From: Chiloscyllium plagiosum | Lineage: Eukaryota | DNA: 51,523 nt | Direction: 5' to 3' | Assembly (NCBI RefSeq): GCF_004010195.1 | Contig: NC_057718.1 | Location: forward strand, 63,967,905-64,019,427 | In this document: positions 33,941 to 44,929 of the stretch, in pieces | Position numbering within the stretch: the first letter of the stretch is position 1 | Layout: the number at the start of each line of letters is the position of its first letter | Position numbers and translations under genes: made by a program | Notes under the pieces: generated by a model | Database searches by the model: none | Seen by the model: the letters and a program-made list of their open reading frames with translations, nothing else | Told to the model about the DNA's origin: nothing

Positions 33941-34125
33941 GAGCTGAAAATGTATTGCTGGAAAAGCGCAGCAGGTCAGGCAGCATCCAAGGAGCAGGAG
34001 AATCGATGTTTCGGGCATGAGCCCTTCTTCAGGAATTCCTTAATTCCTGAAGAAGGGCTCATGCCCGGAACGTCGATTCTCCTGCTCCTTGGATGCTCCA
34101 GCATCTGCAGTCCTCACTTTCTCCT
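33941..34125. mobile_element. Palindromic PLE-derived mini-element with hammerhead cores on both strands
   Basis: Arms 33982-34037 and 34042-34097 are reverse complements (54/56) around a CCTT spacer. Confidence 0.93.
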
Positions 34126-34185
34126 TTGAATTGAAATCAAATGTATTGCTGGTATTTTGAATGCAAGCTAAATACCTGGAAGTTA

Positions 34186-34452
34186 CAGTGGCATTGTGGC
34201 TCAATGGTTAGCACTGCTGCATACAGTACCAGAGACCCTGGTTCAATTTCAGCCATGGATGACTGTCCATGTGGGGTTTGCAAATTTTCCCTGTATCTGC
34301 ATGGAATTCCTCTAGATGCTCTGGTTCCCTCCTAATGGTCCTGGGATATGCAGGCTAGGTGAATTAGCCCTAGGATAGGGTAGGGGGTTCAGTGAGGGTG
34401 GGAGCCTCTCCAGCGGGTTGGGTGGGCTGAATGAGTGTGCTTTCATGCTGTA
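34186..34452 (+). mobile_element. Older HE1 SINE (followed by a CR1 3' UTR remnant to ~34560)
   Basis: TGGCTCAATGGTTAGCACTGCTGC, GGTTCAATTTC, decayed V-domain. GATCAGCCATGATCTCATTGAATGG at 34490. Confidence 0.85.
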
Positions 34453-35769
34453 TGGTGTAAAGATAGGAAAGTGGAGTTGGGAGTTGTCGGATCAGCCATG
34501 ATCTCATTGAATGGCAGAATGAACTCAATGGTCTGAAGGTCTACTTTGTCCTCACCTTATGGTCAATTGTAGCAGCACAGCAATATCTGTAGGGGTGATG
34601 CTGGACCTACTATTGCAGGCGTCAGTAGGGGGAGTAAAACATCCAACTCTGGAATGCAATGCAGACTGTATTACCACTAAAAACCTTGTCCAGCATGTGT
34701 GGCACGTGTAAGGAATGCCCTAGAGGAGGGCATAGGTCTAAAATACGCAAGAAGACTAAATGTTTGGAGAAACCAAAAATGCTGCATTTAAAAAAGATCC
34801 AAGCAGGGAATAAGTGAAAGACATGCAAGCCTGTCAATGAAACCCAAGAAGTAAATAATACCTTCCAGCTTGCAGACCCGAGTCAGACAATACACATAGT
34901 CAAGTTGACATGCCACATCGTTGCCAGCAAAAAACTGAAACCTTTACCTCCATCTAAATTAAATACTCTAAAATGAATGGACAATATGCCATGTATGTCA
35001 AGATTGACACTGGAGCAAGAACAAATATAATCTCTTTATGCATCTTGCACGAGATGTACTCAGGAAACTGGCACAATGTGGTACAGTCCAAATATGATAA
35101 GCTAACTGCTTACAACAGCCCTGGCATCCCATGCATTGGTATTTTCGATCTTAAATGTTGATACTGCTCCTCTGGATGACCACGTGGAGCCTTTCATTGA
35201 TACAGTAAGACTTCTACCGTTGACCTATCAGCATCACAGATCTAAGTATCATGACAAGTGACAAAGTAACAAATATGATCATTTAAACACCAATGATTTC
35301 AAATTGCAGTATTTAGTCTATCCATGTCCTGGCTATCCTCTACCAGGTTTCATTCTGTTGGTAGCTTTAAAGGCAATATATTTTATATTCAAAAGATAAT
35401 GTCCATCTCAGCATTGACTTATAAATTCAGTATACTGCTCATCTTCAGGATAAGCTCAAACTGGTATTGAATTCCATGGTACAAAACATCATTGTTCACA
35501 AAATTAAGCTTCACACTGATTTGGAAAACTCCACTACTTGTGTTTAGAATAAAGAAGGAACTCTATGTTTCCTTTGAGTTCGAAGGCACTGGGGTAAAGC
35601 ACTGGAAGTCAAACCCCACTATCTCTGGAGTCATCACAAACATTAAAGAATTTATGAAAGCGTGCAAAATTCCCCAGTTTATCTGTCTTTTTAGATGCAA
35701 ATTTCTGTACTTAATAAAAATCATTAGCTATTACAAATAAATAGATTTTAGCTATTGATAAACAATTAT

Positions 35770-36040
35770 AGGACAGAGATGAGGAGAAACTTCTTCACCC
35801 AGAGAGTGGTGGCTGTGTGGAATGCTCTGCTCCAGAGGGCAGTGGAGGCCCAGTCTCTGGATTCATTTAAGAAAGAGTTGGATAGAGCTCTCAAGGATAG
35901 TGGAATCGAGGGTTATGGAGGTAAGGCAGGAACAGGATACTGATTAAGGACGATCAGCCATGATTATATTGAATGGTGGTGCAAGCTCGAAGGGCAGAAT
36001 GGCCTACTCCTGCACCTATTGTCTATTGTCTATTGTCTAT
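35770..36040 (+). mobile_element. Young short CR1 3' fragment with target-site duplication
   Basis: RTEMRRNFFTQRVVAVWNAL, (CTATTGT)n tail, AATTAT at 35764-35769 and 36041-36046. Confidence 0.95.
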
Positions 36041-37105
36041 AATTATGAATTGTCAGCATATAACTCTACTGGTTGAAATTGTAACCCTCTAAACTTTTCC
36101 CCACACATACATGTAGACAGATCCAAAACAGCCATGGGTATTTTGGGTTGACAGTTCACTGCTGTCTGTCTACTCTGTTCTCTGAGATGATCCTTGTGGC
36201 TTGCCAAGACTTGTCACTCCTCAATCTTTCTTCTCCATGTACTTTCACCTATTTGCAGGAGGTACAGAGCAACTGGTTCATAATTTGTAAAATCTCTGAC
36301 TTATTAGTTAAAAGTCATAGCAGTGAGGGAAAGTAAATTGTATTTCTTTAGGTCTTTAGGTCTTCTGCAGAGAGAAAGCCAGCACCTTGCTTTTGAAAGA
36401 TCTGAAGACTTCTGGCTAGCTCATTCACAACCACAAGCTGTTCAACCAGCTGGAGCCAAGCACATAGATATTGGCAGACAAGAGGGCTTTGTCACTGAGT
36501 ACTGGCTATTACTTCACAGTCCAATCAGCAACTTGTTGCCAGCCAAATCTAATGTTGTACCACCCACCCCCCACCCCACCCCACCCCTCCCCTCTTGTCC
36601 CCACAGGTGCCAGTTCGTCTGCAACTAATCGTCTCCACTGGTTGAACAAAGCAGCAGTATAAATATCATTAACACTAAGTTTTAATAGCTTGCTCTTAAA
36701 AAGCATAACCATCTCTTCCACAATTTATGTTTTTTTTTAAACAGTCCTTTTGTCATTTCTGCCATCAAGCAAAAATATCAAAAATAAACTTACTGTCTAT
36801 ACACAACTGAACATGACATGAAAAAGATGTTCACAAAGAGTCATATCCTGGGAAAGCTTAATTTCAAGTCCTCAGGTGCCAACATTTTTTCTAATCTCAA
36901 TGCCAAGAATGTTATTGGTTGACCCACCTTTGCTCAGAGTCACTTCTGGAATTCCTTTCTGTGTGTACTGTTTTCTCAGATTGCATTTCGATTGTTTGAC
37001 AGCCAGGATACATTCCAACAACTTATGGACCATATCAGACAGAATCTATCAGGTTGTCTCAATATTGCAGATGACATTGTGGTCCTTCAGCAAACTAAGC
37101 AGTCA

Positions 37106-37343
37106 TCTTATGACAGTGACAAGAAACCACAGTCTTATTTGTGGCTTTAAGAGAATTATTTTGTGTTTTTTTTAAATGAAGAGAGGTTGAAACAGATGTA
37201 CCAAGCAGTCTGTTTAAACCAATAAAGTTAACAGCTTGTGAAGCCCTGTTTTTTTTTAGAAGTTGGAACAATAGAAGCAGCATGAATGGAGGGATCAAGC
37301 TGCCACACAACCAGGATTTTTCGTTTAGCTATTGGGGTTGTGA

Positions 37344-37384
<41 letters not shown>

Positions 37385-37733
37385 ACAGCTAAAAGCTGGA
37401 GTTCTCTCCTGCTGCTAGAATTGCTTGTGAGACTATCTATTTGACTGAGTTTGCTTTTGCCAAGGGTGTGCTTATGGGATGTTACTATATTGGAACAATT
37501 AATGACTAGGTTATTATTTTGTTAAGTATTTCAATAGAGTTCCAGTTAAGCTAATGCTTTTTTTTTGTCTATATGTTAACTAGTGTTTGAATAAAGTGTG
37601 TTTTGCTTCAAGTTTAACCAATCGAATCGCATCCATAATGCAATGCCTGGCCCTTGTCTTTAAAATAAGAAAAAGTTAGGGTCTAGGCTATTACCTTGAT
37701 ATATTTTGAGATAGTTTGGTGTGGTCCATAATA
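37106..37733 (+). repeat. Solo LTR inserted in the Gypsy RT, containing a (TC)n microsatellite at ~37348-37381
   Basis: Separates IADDIVV from the downstream RT/RNase H region. Ends are TcTTATGACA and CCATAAtA; AATAAA at ~37590. Confidence 0.65.
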
Positions 37734-38494
37734 CATTTCAACAGCAAATATGTCAAATCAACATGAGCTAACTCAACTTCTTTGCATCACTCCACTCTTC
37801 CAATGCTACTGGACCTGATCCTAACAAAAGTAGAAGATGGACAAAAGGTGCCCACACTGCAAGAAGAAAGTGACTTTTAAAGATGTCTCTGTTTCTTCAA
37901 CATTTTAGCCTTGTATATTCTGAATTTTGCAACCAAATTCTCTCCTCTTTGAGACTTGATCCACAAAGATATACCATTTATATGGCAGAGGATCACCAGC
38001 ATTTTTTAAACACTCAGAAACAAGTTATCTTCCATTAAGTATATTCATCAATAGTATGATCCCTCCAAACTTACCACCTTGGAGCCTGGCTATTACAAGG
38101 TAACAAGCCTATTGAGTTTGGTACTGAAGACATTACAACATCGCAGACACCAATTCAAATGGAGAAAGAGAAACCCTTGTTCTAGTTCTCCGAATGCAAA
38201 AGTTCAACAAATACATATTTGACAAGCATTTCATTGTTCATACTGACCACAAATTGTTGGAAGTAATCTAACCCAGTGTGTAAGCCAGATTGTTTATCTA
38301 AACTGAGGTGTCAGATTGATGTACAACAGAGAGTTGTTAATAAACTTCAAGATACTTATCTCAGTAAGAACCAGACTGACTGTGGCATATGTTACTAGGG
38401 CTAACGTATAGAAAATCACATCGCATCAACATGTTTTCTTCATACCTTAACTTGTTAAAAAGAAAAGTCATCCTTAATGCTTTGGCAAACTAAA

Positions 38495-40127
38495 TCTCTA
38501 GCAACTGCTGTGAGGTTTCTTGCTGAAGAGACATGAAATGTTAAGGATCTGGAATTGGGGCTGGATGAATTTCAGATTATTCGGGAGGTGGAGGGGATTA
38601 TTGAGAGGCGGTATTACAGGGAGGTAGTCACACCTCAGGTAAAAGAAGAAGGTAGATGGGTTACCAACAGAGGATGGAAAGGGAACTGGCAGGCAGTGCA
38701 GGAATCCCCTGTGGCTGTTCCCCTCAACAACAAGTACACCATTTTGGATACCGTTGTGGAGGGATGACTTACCAGGGGTAAGCAATGGGGCACAGAATCT
38801 GTCCCTGTTGCTCAGAAGGGAAGGGGGAACAGGAGCAGAGCTTTATTCATTGGGGACTCCATACTTAAGGGGGATAGATAGAGGTTCTGTGGGAATGAGA
38901 GAGACTCCCAGGTGCCAGAGTCCACGATATCTCTGATCGTGTTTTCAGGATACTTGAGGGGGAAAGGGAGCAGCCCCAAGTTGTGGTCCACATTGGCACC
39001 AATGACATAGATAGGAAGAGAGATGGGGACTTAAGGCAGAAATTCAGGGAGCTAGGATGGATGCTTAGAGCTAGAACAAATGGAATTGTTTTCTCTGGTT
39101 TGTTGCCGTGCCACATGCTAGTGAGGCGGGGAATAGGGAGAGAGAGGAGTTGAACACATGGCTACCGGTATGGTGTGGAGGGAGGGTTTTGGATTCCTGG
39201 ATAGTTGGGGCTCTTTCTGGCTCTCTCTGCAAACAGGATGGTCTACACCTGAACCCAAGGGGTACCAATATCCTGGGGGAGAAGCTTACTCATGCTCTTC
39301 AGGAGAGTTTAAACTAATTCAGTAGGGGGATGGGTACCTAAATTGTAGTTCAAGTATACAGGAGGTTGAGAGTAGTGAGGAAATAAGATGTTAAGGTGGC
39401 AAGAAGGCACTGGCAAGCAATAAGTTGCTTTGAAGTGTGTCTACTTCAACGCCAGGAGCATCCGGAATAAGGTGAGTAAACTTGCAGCATGGGTAGGTAC
39501 CTGGGATTTCGATGTTGTGGCCATATCCAGACATGGGTAGAGCAAGGACAGGAATGGTTGTTGCAGGTTCCGGGATTTACATGTTTCAGTAAGAACAGAG
39601 AAGATGGTAAAAGGCGGGGGGGGGGGAAGGGCGCGGGGTAGCATTGTTAGTCAAGGACAGTATTACAGTTAAGGACTCATCTACTGAGGTAGTATTGGCT
39701 AAGATTAGAAACAGGAAAGGACAGGTCATCCTTTTGGGAGTTTTTATAGGCCTCTGAATACTTCCAGAGATATAGAGGATAGGATCACAAAGATGATCCT
39801 CAATAGGAGTCAGAGTGACAGGGTAGTTGTCATGGGAGACTTTAACTTTCCAAATAGTGACTGTGAATACTAATATTCAAGTACATTAGATGGGTCAAGA
39901 GCAAGAGTTATTTGCTGGGGGAAAAGCAATTACGATGCAATTAGACAAGATTTAGGATGCATAGGATGGGGAAGGGAACTGCAGAGGATGGGCACAATAG
40001 AAATGTGGAGTTTATCAAGGAACAGCTACTGTGCGTTCTTGATAAATATGTACCTGTCAGACAGGGAGGAAGTTGTTGAGTGCAGAAGCATTGGTTTACT
40101 AAGGAAATTGAATCTCTTGTCAAGTTT
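38495..40127 (+). mobile_element. CR1 LINE 5' half (ORF1 with esterase-like domain, APE endonuclease)
   Basis: RWVTNRG..QAVQESPVAVPLNNKYTILD, IGDSIL.G.DR, VVVHIGTNDI, DGLHLNPRGTNILG, CVYFNARSIRNK, GVFYRP, VVMGDFNFP. Confidence 0.95.
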
Positions 40128-40847
40128 TGCATGCCCATACCTCCCCCCTTACTTCCCTCCAAGGCCCCAAGGGATCCTTCTATATCCACCACAAATTCAC
40201 CTGCACCTCCACACACATCATTTACTGCATTTGCTGCACCCGATGTGGCCTCCTCTATATTGGGGAGACAAGCCGTCTACTTGCGGAACGTTTCAGAGAA
40301 CACCTCTGGGACACCTGGACCAACCAACCCAACCGCCTTGTGGCTGAACACTTTAACTCCCCCTCCCACTCCACCAAGGACATGCAGGTCCTTGGACACC
40401 TCCATCGCCAGACCATAGCAACATGACGGCTGGAGGAAGAGCGCCTCATCTTCCACCTAGGAACCCTCCAACCACAAGGGATGAATTCAGATTTCTCCAG
40501 TTTCCTCATTTCCCCTCCCCCCACCGTGTCTCAGTCCCAACCCTCGAACTCAGCACCACCTTCCAAACCTGCAATCTTCTTCCCGACCTCTCCGCCCCCA
40601 CCCCACTCCGGCCTATCACCCTCACCTTAATCTCCTTCCACCTATCACATTTCCAACGCCCCTCCCCCAAGTCCCTCTTCCCGACCTTTTATCTTAGCCT
40701 GCTTCGCACACTCTCCTCATTCCTGAAGAAGGGCTCATGCCCGAAACGTCAATTCTCCTGCTCCTTGGATGCTGCCTGACCTGCTGCGCTTTTCCAGCAA
40801 CACATTTTCAGCTCTGATCTCCAGCATCTGCAGTCCTCACTTTTTCC
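40128..40847 (+). mobile_element. 5'-truncated Penelope-like element: GIY-YIG endonuclease and 3' terminal repeat
   Basis: FTCTSTHIIYCICCTRCGLLYIGETSRLLAERFREH..VAEHFNSPSH, followed by a C-rich tract, hammerhead core and terminal repeat. Confidence 0.96.
40718..40755 (+). ncRNA. Minimal type I hammerhead ribozyme motif (intact core)
   Basis: CTGAAGA 40723-40729, extra A, stem II GGGC-TCAT-GCCC 40731-40742, GAAA 40743-40746, CGTC 40747-40750. Stem I is poor. Confidence 0.65.
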
Positions 40848-41755
40848 TTAGTAAATTTATGGACAACACTCAGGTCGGTACAGTCATGGATAGTGCTGAA
40901 GGATGTTGTAGGTTACAGAGGGACATAGGTCAGCTGCAGAGCTGGGCTGAGAGGTGGCAAATGAAGTTTAATGCAGAAAAGTGTGAGGTGATTCACTTTG
41001 GAAGGAGTAAGAGGAATGCAAAGCACTGGGCAAATGGTAAGATTCTTGGTAATGTAGATGAGCAGAGAGATCTTGGTGTCCACGTACACAGATCCCTCAA
41101 AGTTGCCACCCAGATTGATAGGGCTGTTAAGACGATATTAAGAAGGTGTGTTAACATTTATTAGTAGAGGGATTGAGTTTCAGAACCATGCGGTCATGCT
41201 GCAACTGTACAAAACTCTGGTGCAGCCACACTTGGAGTATTGCATGCAGTTCTGGTCACCGCATTATAGGAAAGATGTGGAAGATTTGGAAAGGGTTCAC
41301 AGAGCAGATGTTGCCTGGGATGGATTGAAGGTCTTACAAGGAAATGTTGAGGGACTTGAGGCAGTTTTTGTTAAAGAGACAAAGGTTAAGAGGTGACTTA
41401 ATTGAGACATATAAGATAATCAGAGGGTTAGATATGGTGGACAGTGAGAGCCTTTTTCCTCAGATGGTGATGGCTCGCACGAGGGGACATAGTTTTAAAT
41501 TGAGGGGCGATAGATATAGGACAGATGTCAGAGATAATTTTGTTACTCAGAGATTGTAGAGGTGTTGAATGCACTGCCTGCAAAAGTAGTAGACTCACCA
41601 ACTTTAAGGGCATTTAAATGGTTATTGGATAGGCATATGGACGAGAATGGAATAGTGGAGGTTAGATGGGTTTCAAATTGGTTTCACAGGGTGGCACAAC
41701 ATCGAGGGCCGAAGGGCCTGTACTGCATTGTAATGTTCTATGTTCTATATTCTAT
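40848..41755 (+). mobile_element. CR1 LINE 3' part, (TTCTATG)n-tail subfamily
   Basis: SKFMDNTQVG..WAERWQMKFNAEKCEVIHFG..LYKTLVQPHLEYCMQFWSP..TRGHSFKL, and tail TGTTCTATGTTCTAT. Confidence 0.95.
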
Positions 41756-42294
41756 AAATGCTCACAAGAAATCTGATTGTTTTGCAGAGGGTTGGCAATA
41801 GTCTTTGTTTAGAAATTGGAAATATTGGAAATGTTCAGTGTGTCTGGCAGTATCTATGCAGAGAGAAACAGCAGTTGGTTAACCTTTAACAAGAATAGTG
41901 CAGATTGTAGACCTGAAGCATTATCTGCATGAATGCCTTCTGGGTTGATGAGTTTTTTCAGCATTTTCTCTTTATGTTTCAAATTAGATCTCCTATTACA
42001 TGCTCCCTGGTGTGCTTTTATGAGTGTGGTTAGTTTCAATTTTAAATGAGAAAATATTTGTTATACGTTGCAGTTTCTTTTGGCTAACGATATCACTTAT
42101 ATGGATAGAATTAGTACATTATTGTTGGTGAATTGATTGGTGCTAATTTGCTGGAATGTTTTAAACTTGGAAGTGAAGTCATCAATTACGTGCTATTAGA
42201 GTATGCCATTGTTAGTTCCAAGTATTCCAATTTGTACAGATGACTCTTGTTTGTAGTGTCTGTGAGATTCTGGGTTTTTTGGACATTTTTACAG

Positions 42295-42425
42295 CTTTTG
42301 CTATAAATTCTGTGTGTTACAATCTTATACTCCACAGCCACCTAATGAAGGAGCAGCGCTCTGAAAGCTAGTGCTGCCAATTCAACCTGTTGGACTATAA
42401 CCTGGTGTCGTGTGATTTTTAACCT
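42295..42425 (+). mobile_element. Terminal repeat of the second PLE family with a mutated hammerhead core
   Basis: CAGCCAC-CTAATGA-A-GGAGCAGCGCTCT-GAAA-GCTA-GTGCTG; inverse of 11203-11282. Confidence 0.8.
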
Positions 42426-42629
42426 TGTCCAAATATTTATTGGGTTCAAGTAAGCCGAGCTGATTGCATTAGATGAACAAACAAGTAGTGTTTGTCTGAC
42501 AAAGTTGTGGTTATAAACCATACTGAAAACTGGGCTTTTGGTGGATTTTTTGAATAGAGCTATAAAGAACAAAATCCAAGATTGGTTAATTTGTATAAAC
42601 ATTTCAGCCCCATTATGACTATTGTTCCC

Positions 42630-42787
42630 AATTCCCACCTGGGAACCCTCCAACCACAAGGGATGAACTCAGATATCTCCAGTTTTCTCATTTCCCCTCC
42701 CCCCACCTTGTCTCAGTCAAATCCCTTCTCCTGCTCCTTGGATGCTGCCTGACCTGCTGCGCTTTTCCAGCAACACATTGTCAGCTC
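42630..42787 (+). mobile_element. Internally deleted PLE 3' fragment (hammerhead removed)
   Basis: Matches 40451-40540 joined directly to 40753-40815. Confidence 0.9.
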
Positions 42788-43145
42788 TTATCCAAAGTGG
42801 GACAAAGTGAGCAGATTATTGCTTAACAAGTGATAACACTGTTGATGATGCCTTCCACGTTTTCACAGATGATCAGAAAATGAATGGAGGTATCATCTGG
42901 ATTCCTGCCTGCGTGCCCAATATTTGGCATGAAACCCAAATTTCTGTTGACAATCCAACCTGCTGCAGGGGATCTGATTGGCTACACTGAGCTGGTGGGA
43001 GTAGTGGGTTGGAGGGGTGGGAACAGCTGGAGTCTGTTTGGGGTGATGAAGTGTTTGTGTGGGAGAGCAGCAAATGAGTGTAGGAGGAAGGGGTACCCTG
43101 TCAACAGCAAATCGCAGAGAAAACCTTAAAATCTACTTAGGGCTT

Positions 43146-43470
43146 TATCATAGAATCCCTACATTGAGGAAGCAGGCCATTTGGCCCATCAAGTCCACAC
43201 TGACCCTCTGAAAGACATCCCATGCAGAGCCACTCCCAATCCCAACCTCATAATCCTATATTTCCTGTGGGTAATCCACCTACACATCCCTGAACACTAT
43301 GGGCAATTTAACATGGCCTAACCTGCACATCTTTGGATTGTGGGAGACCCAGACCCACATAAACATGGGGAGAATGTGCAAACTTCACATAGTCATCCAT
43401 GGCTGGAATCAAACTCAGGTCCCTGGTGCTGTGAGTCAGCAATGCTAACCATCCAGCTACCATGTCGCCC
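43146..43470 (-). mobile_element. HE1 SINE
   Basis: Reverse complement of the A/B boxes, V-domain and tail. Confidence 0.9.
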
Positions 43471-43711
43471 ATATTGGTTGGAGTTTTATGGCTTTCCATC
43501 TCCCAATAGTAGGCAGCGAATTTACTTCTTACCTATTGCTGAGAAAGTTTCCCAGAGTCAAGAATGCATCAGGGAGCCATCCAGATGTAACCAGTTTCCT
43601 GGCTTCCTGCCTCCAAGCCTGCCATCACAAAGCTCAGTGTATGATTATGCATTAGTATGGGGAGCTAGCTATGTGAGATATTGATTGGAAATTAGCAGGG
43701 CATTAGACAAT

Positions 43712-43905
43712 TGTTGAAAGAACACAGCAAGCCAGGCAGCATCAGGAGTTGGAGAAATCAATGTTTTGAGTATCAACCCTTCTTCAGGACTCAAAGAAAT
43801 GTTAATACCCAAAATGTTGATGTCTCCACCACTTGCTGCCTGACTTGCTGTGTTCTTCCAGCCTCCTGTTTGTCTGCTTTGGATTTCAGCATCTGCATTT
43901 TTTTT
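43712..43905. mobile_element. Older palindromic PLE terminal-repeat pair
   Basis: GAAGAACACAGCAAGCCAGGCAGCA-like arm ..ACCCTTCTTCAGGA, mirrored by ..ACCCAAAATGTTGA..TGCTGCCTGACTTGCTGTGTTCTTC. Same family as 7157-7280. Confidence 0.85.
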
Positions 43906-44671
43906 GTCTCGAACTATTAGACAATTGTTGCTCTGTAATGGGTGTCACAACAGATGTGAGAGAGGGTTTGAAGGAAAGCAGCGATCTTGTTCAAGAAGGA
44001 ACCAGCAACAGCATAAAAGGCAGATTATTATGAACGTAAGGATTGGCAGGACATGGAGGCAGTGCTGGAAGGAGGGGCAGCGCTAAATCAAATATAGAAG
44101 TAAGAACAGAGCTGGACTTGGGGATTTTACAGAACTAGAAAATTGCAGTGGGGGTGGTTCAGGTCTGGAATGACGAACAATGACCAGAGGAGAGTACCCA
44201 GAGTGCTGTGGGATTTCATGGACTGGCAGGAAGTTAGGTGAGGTTAAAGACTGATCCAAGAAAATTACCCAGCCCAATATCGCTGGGCTAATCCCTGAGC
44301 AGAGAGATGGAAGGTAATGAAGTATGGATTAGAAATCAGTGACAGAGTAAGGATGTAGTTGATGAGGTGGTCTCATAGCATACAAAGGAGTGCTGTAATC
44401 ATTTATATCTAATGTGAAAATGTGAATGGCCATTAAAATGCCAGTTGTTTATTTGAATATTTTGGTTCAGAGTTTAAAATATGTCACCATCCATGAAGTT
44501 GCATACAAAGACTTCTGCCTGTGCTGTAATATGTGTCAAAATGTCTTTTCAGGAAGAATCGGTACTAAGTTGTTGTCTGGTTCTGGATTATATCACACAT
44601 CATTGGTGCTCACCACCAATTTCTGGTAATTTTCAGCTGAATGTTACTGGGCTCACACTGCCAACCTGCAG

Positions 44672-44685
44672 CCACTAGAGGGAGC
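44672..44685 (+). promoter_or_regulatory. Candidate CTCF binding site
   Basis: CCACTAGAGGGAGC closely matches the CTCF core CCASYAGRKGGCRS and lies in non-repeat DNA. Confidence 0.5.
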
Positions 44686-44929
44686 AGTAATTCATATCTT
44701 TTCATGGGATAGTTAGCCTTAGTCCGCAAAGCACATTAGGCATTTTTTAAACTGCTGGTTTCCGTAAGTTAGGCATAATCACACTCTGACCTCAGTAGCT
44801 TCACTAAGCGTATTTTTTCAGCTTTCCAGACGACTGGCTGAATGCCACTTAGTACGTAATGAGAGGCGCCAGACAATATGATGTGATCCAGAACCATTAC
44901 ATTTACATTATATGGAAAACAACACAGAA

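Larger units (their letters stand above)
34600..38450 (+). mobile_element. Decayed Ty3/Gypsy LTR retrotransposon internal region (gag zinc knuckle, protease, RT, RNase H), interrupted by later insertions
   Basis: CPA..CKEC.RGGH knuckle remnant ~34690. Protease VKIDTGARTNII ~34997. GVITNIKE ~35627. RT remnants YCFLRL.F, SQDTFQQLMD, IADDIVV ~37063. RNase H KFNKYIFDKHFIVHTDHKLLEVI ~38200-38270. Confidence 0.88.

Noticed and set aside
44266..44292. Short inverted repeat AGCCCA..TGGGCT
   Set aside because: The 6-bp arms are expected by chance; it could be a decayed TIR end, but no partner end was found.
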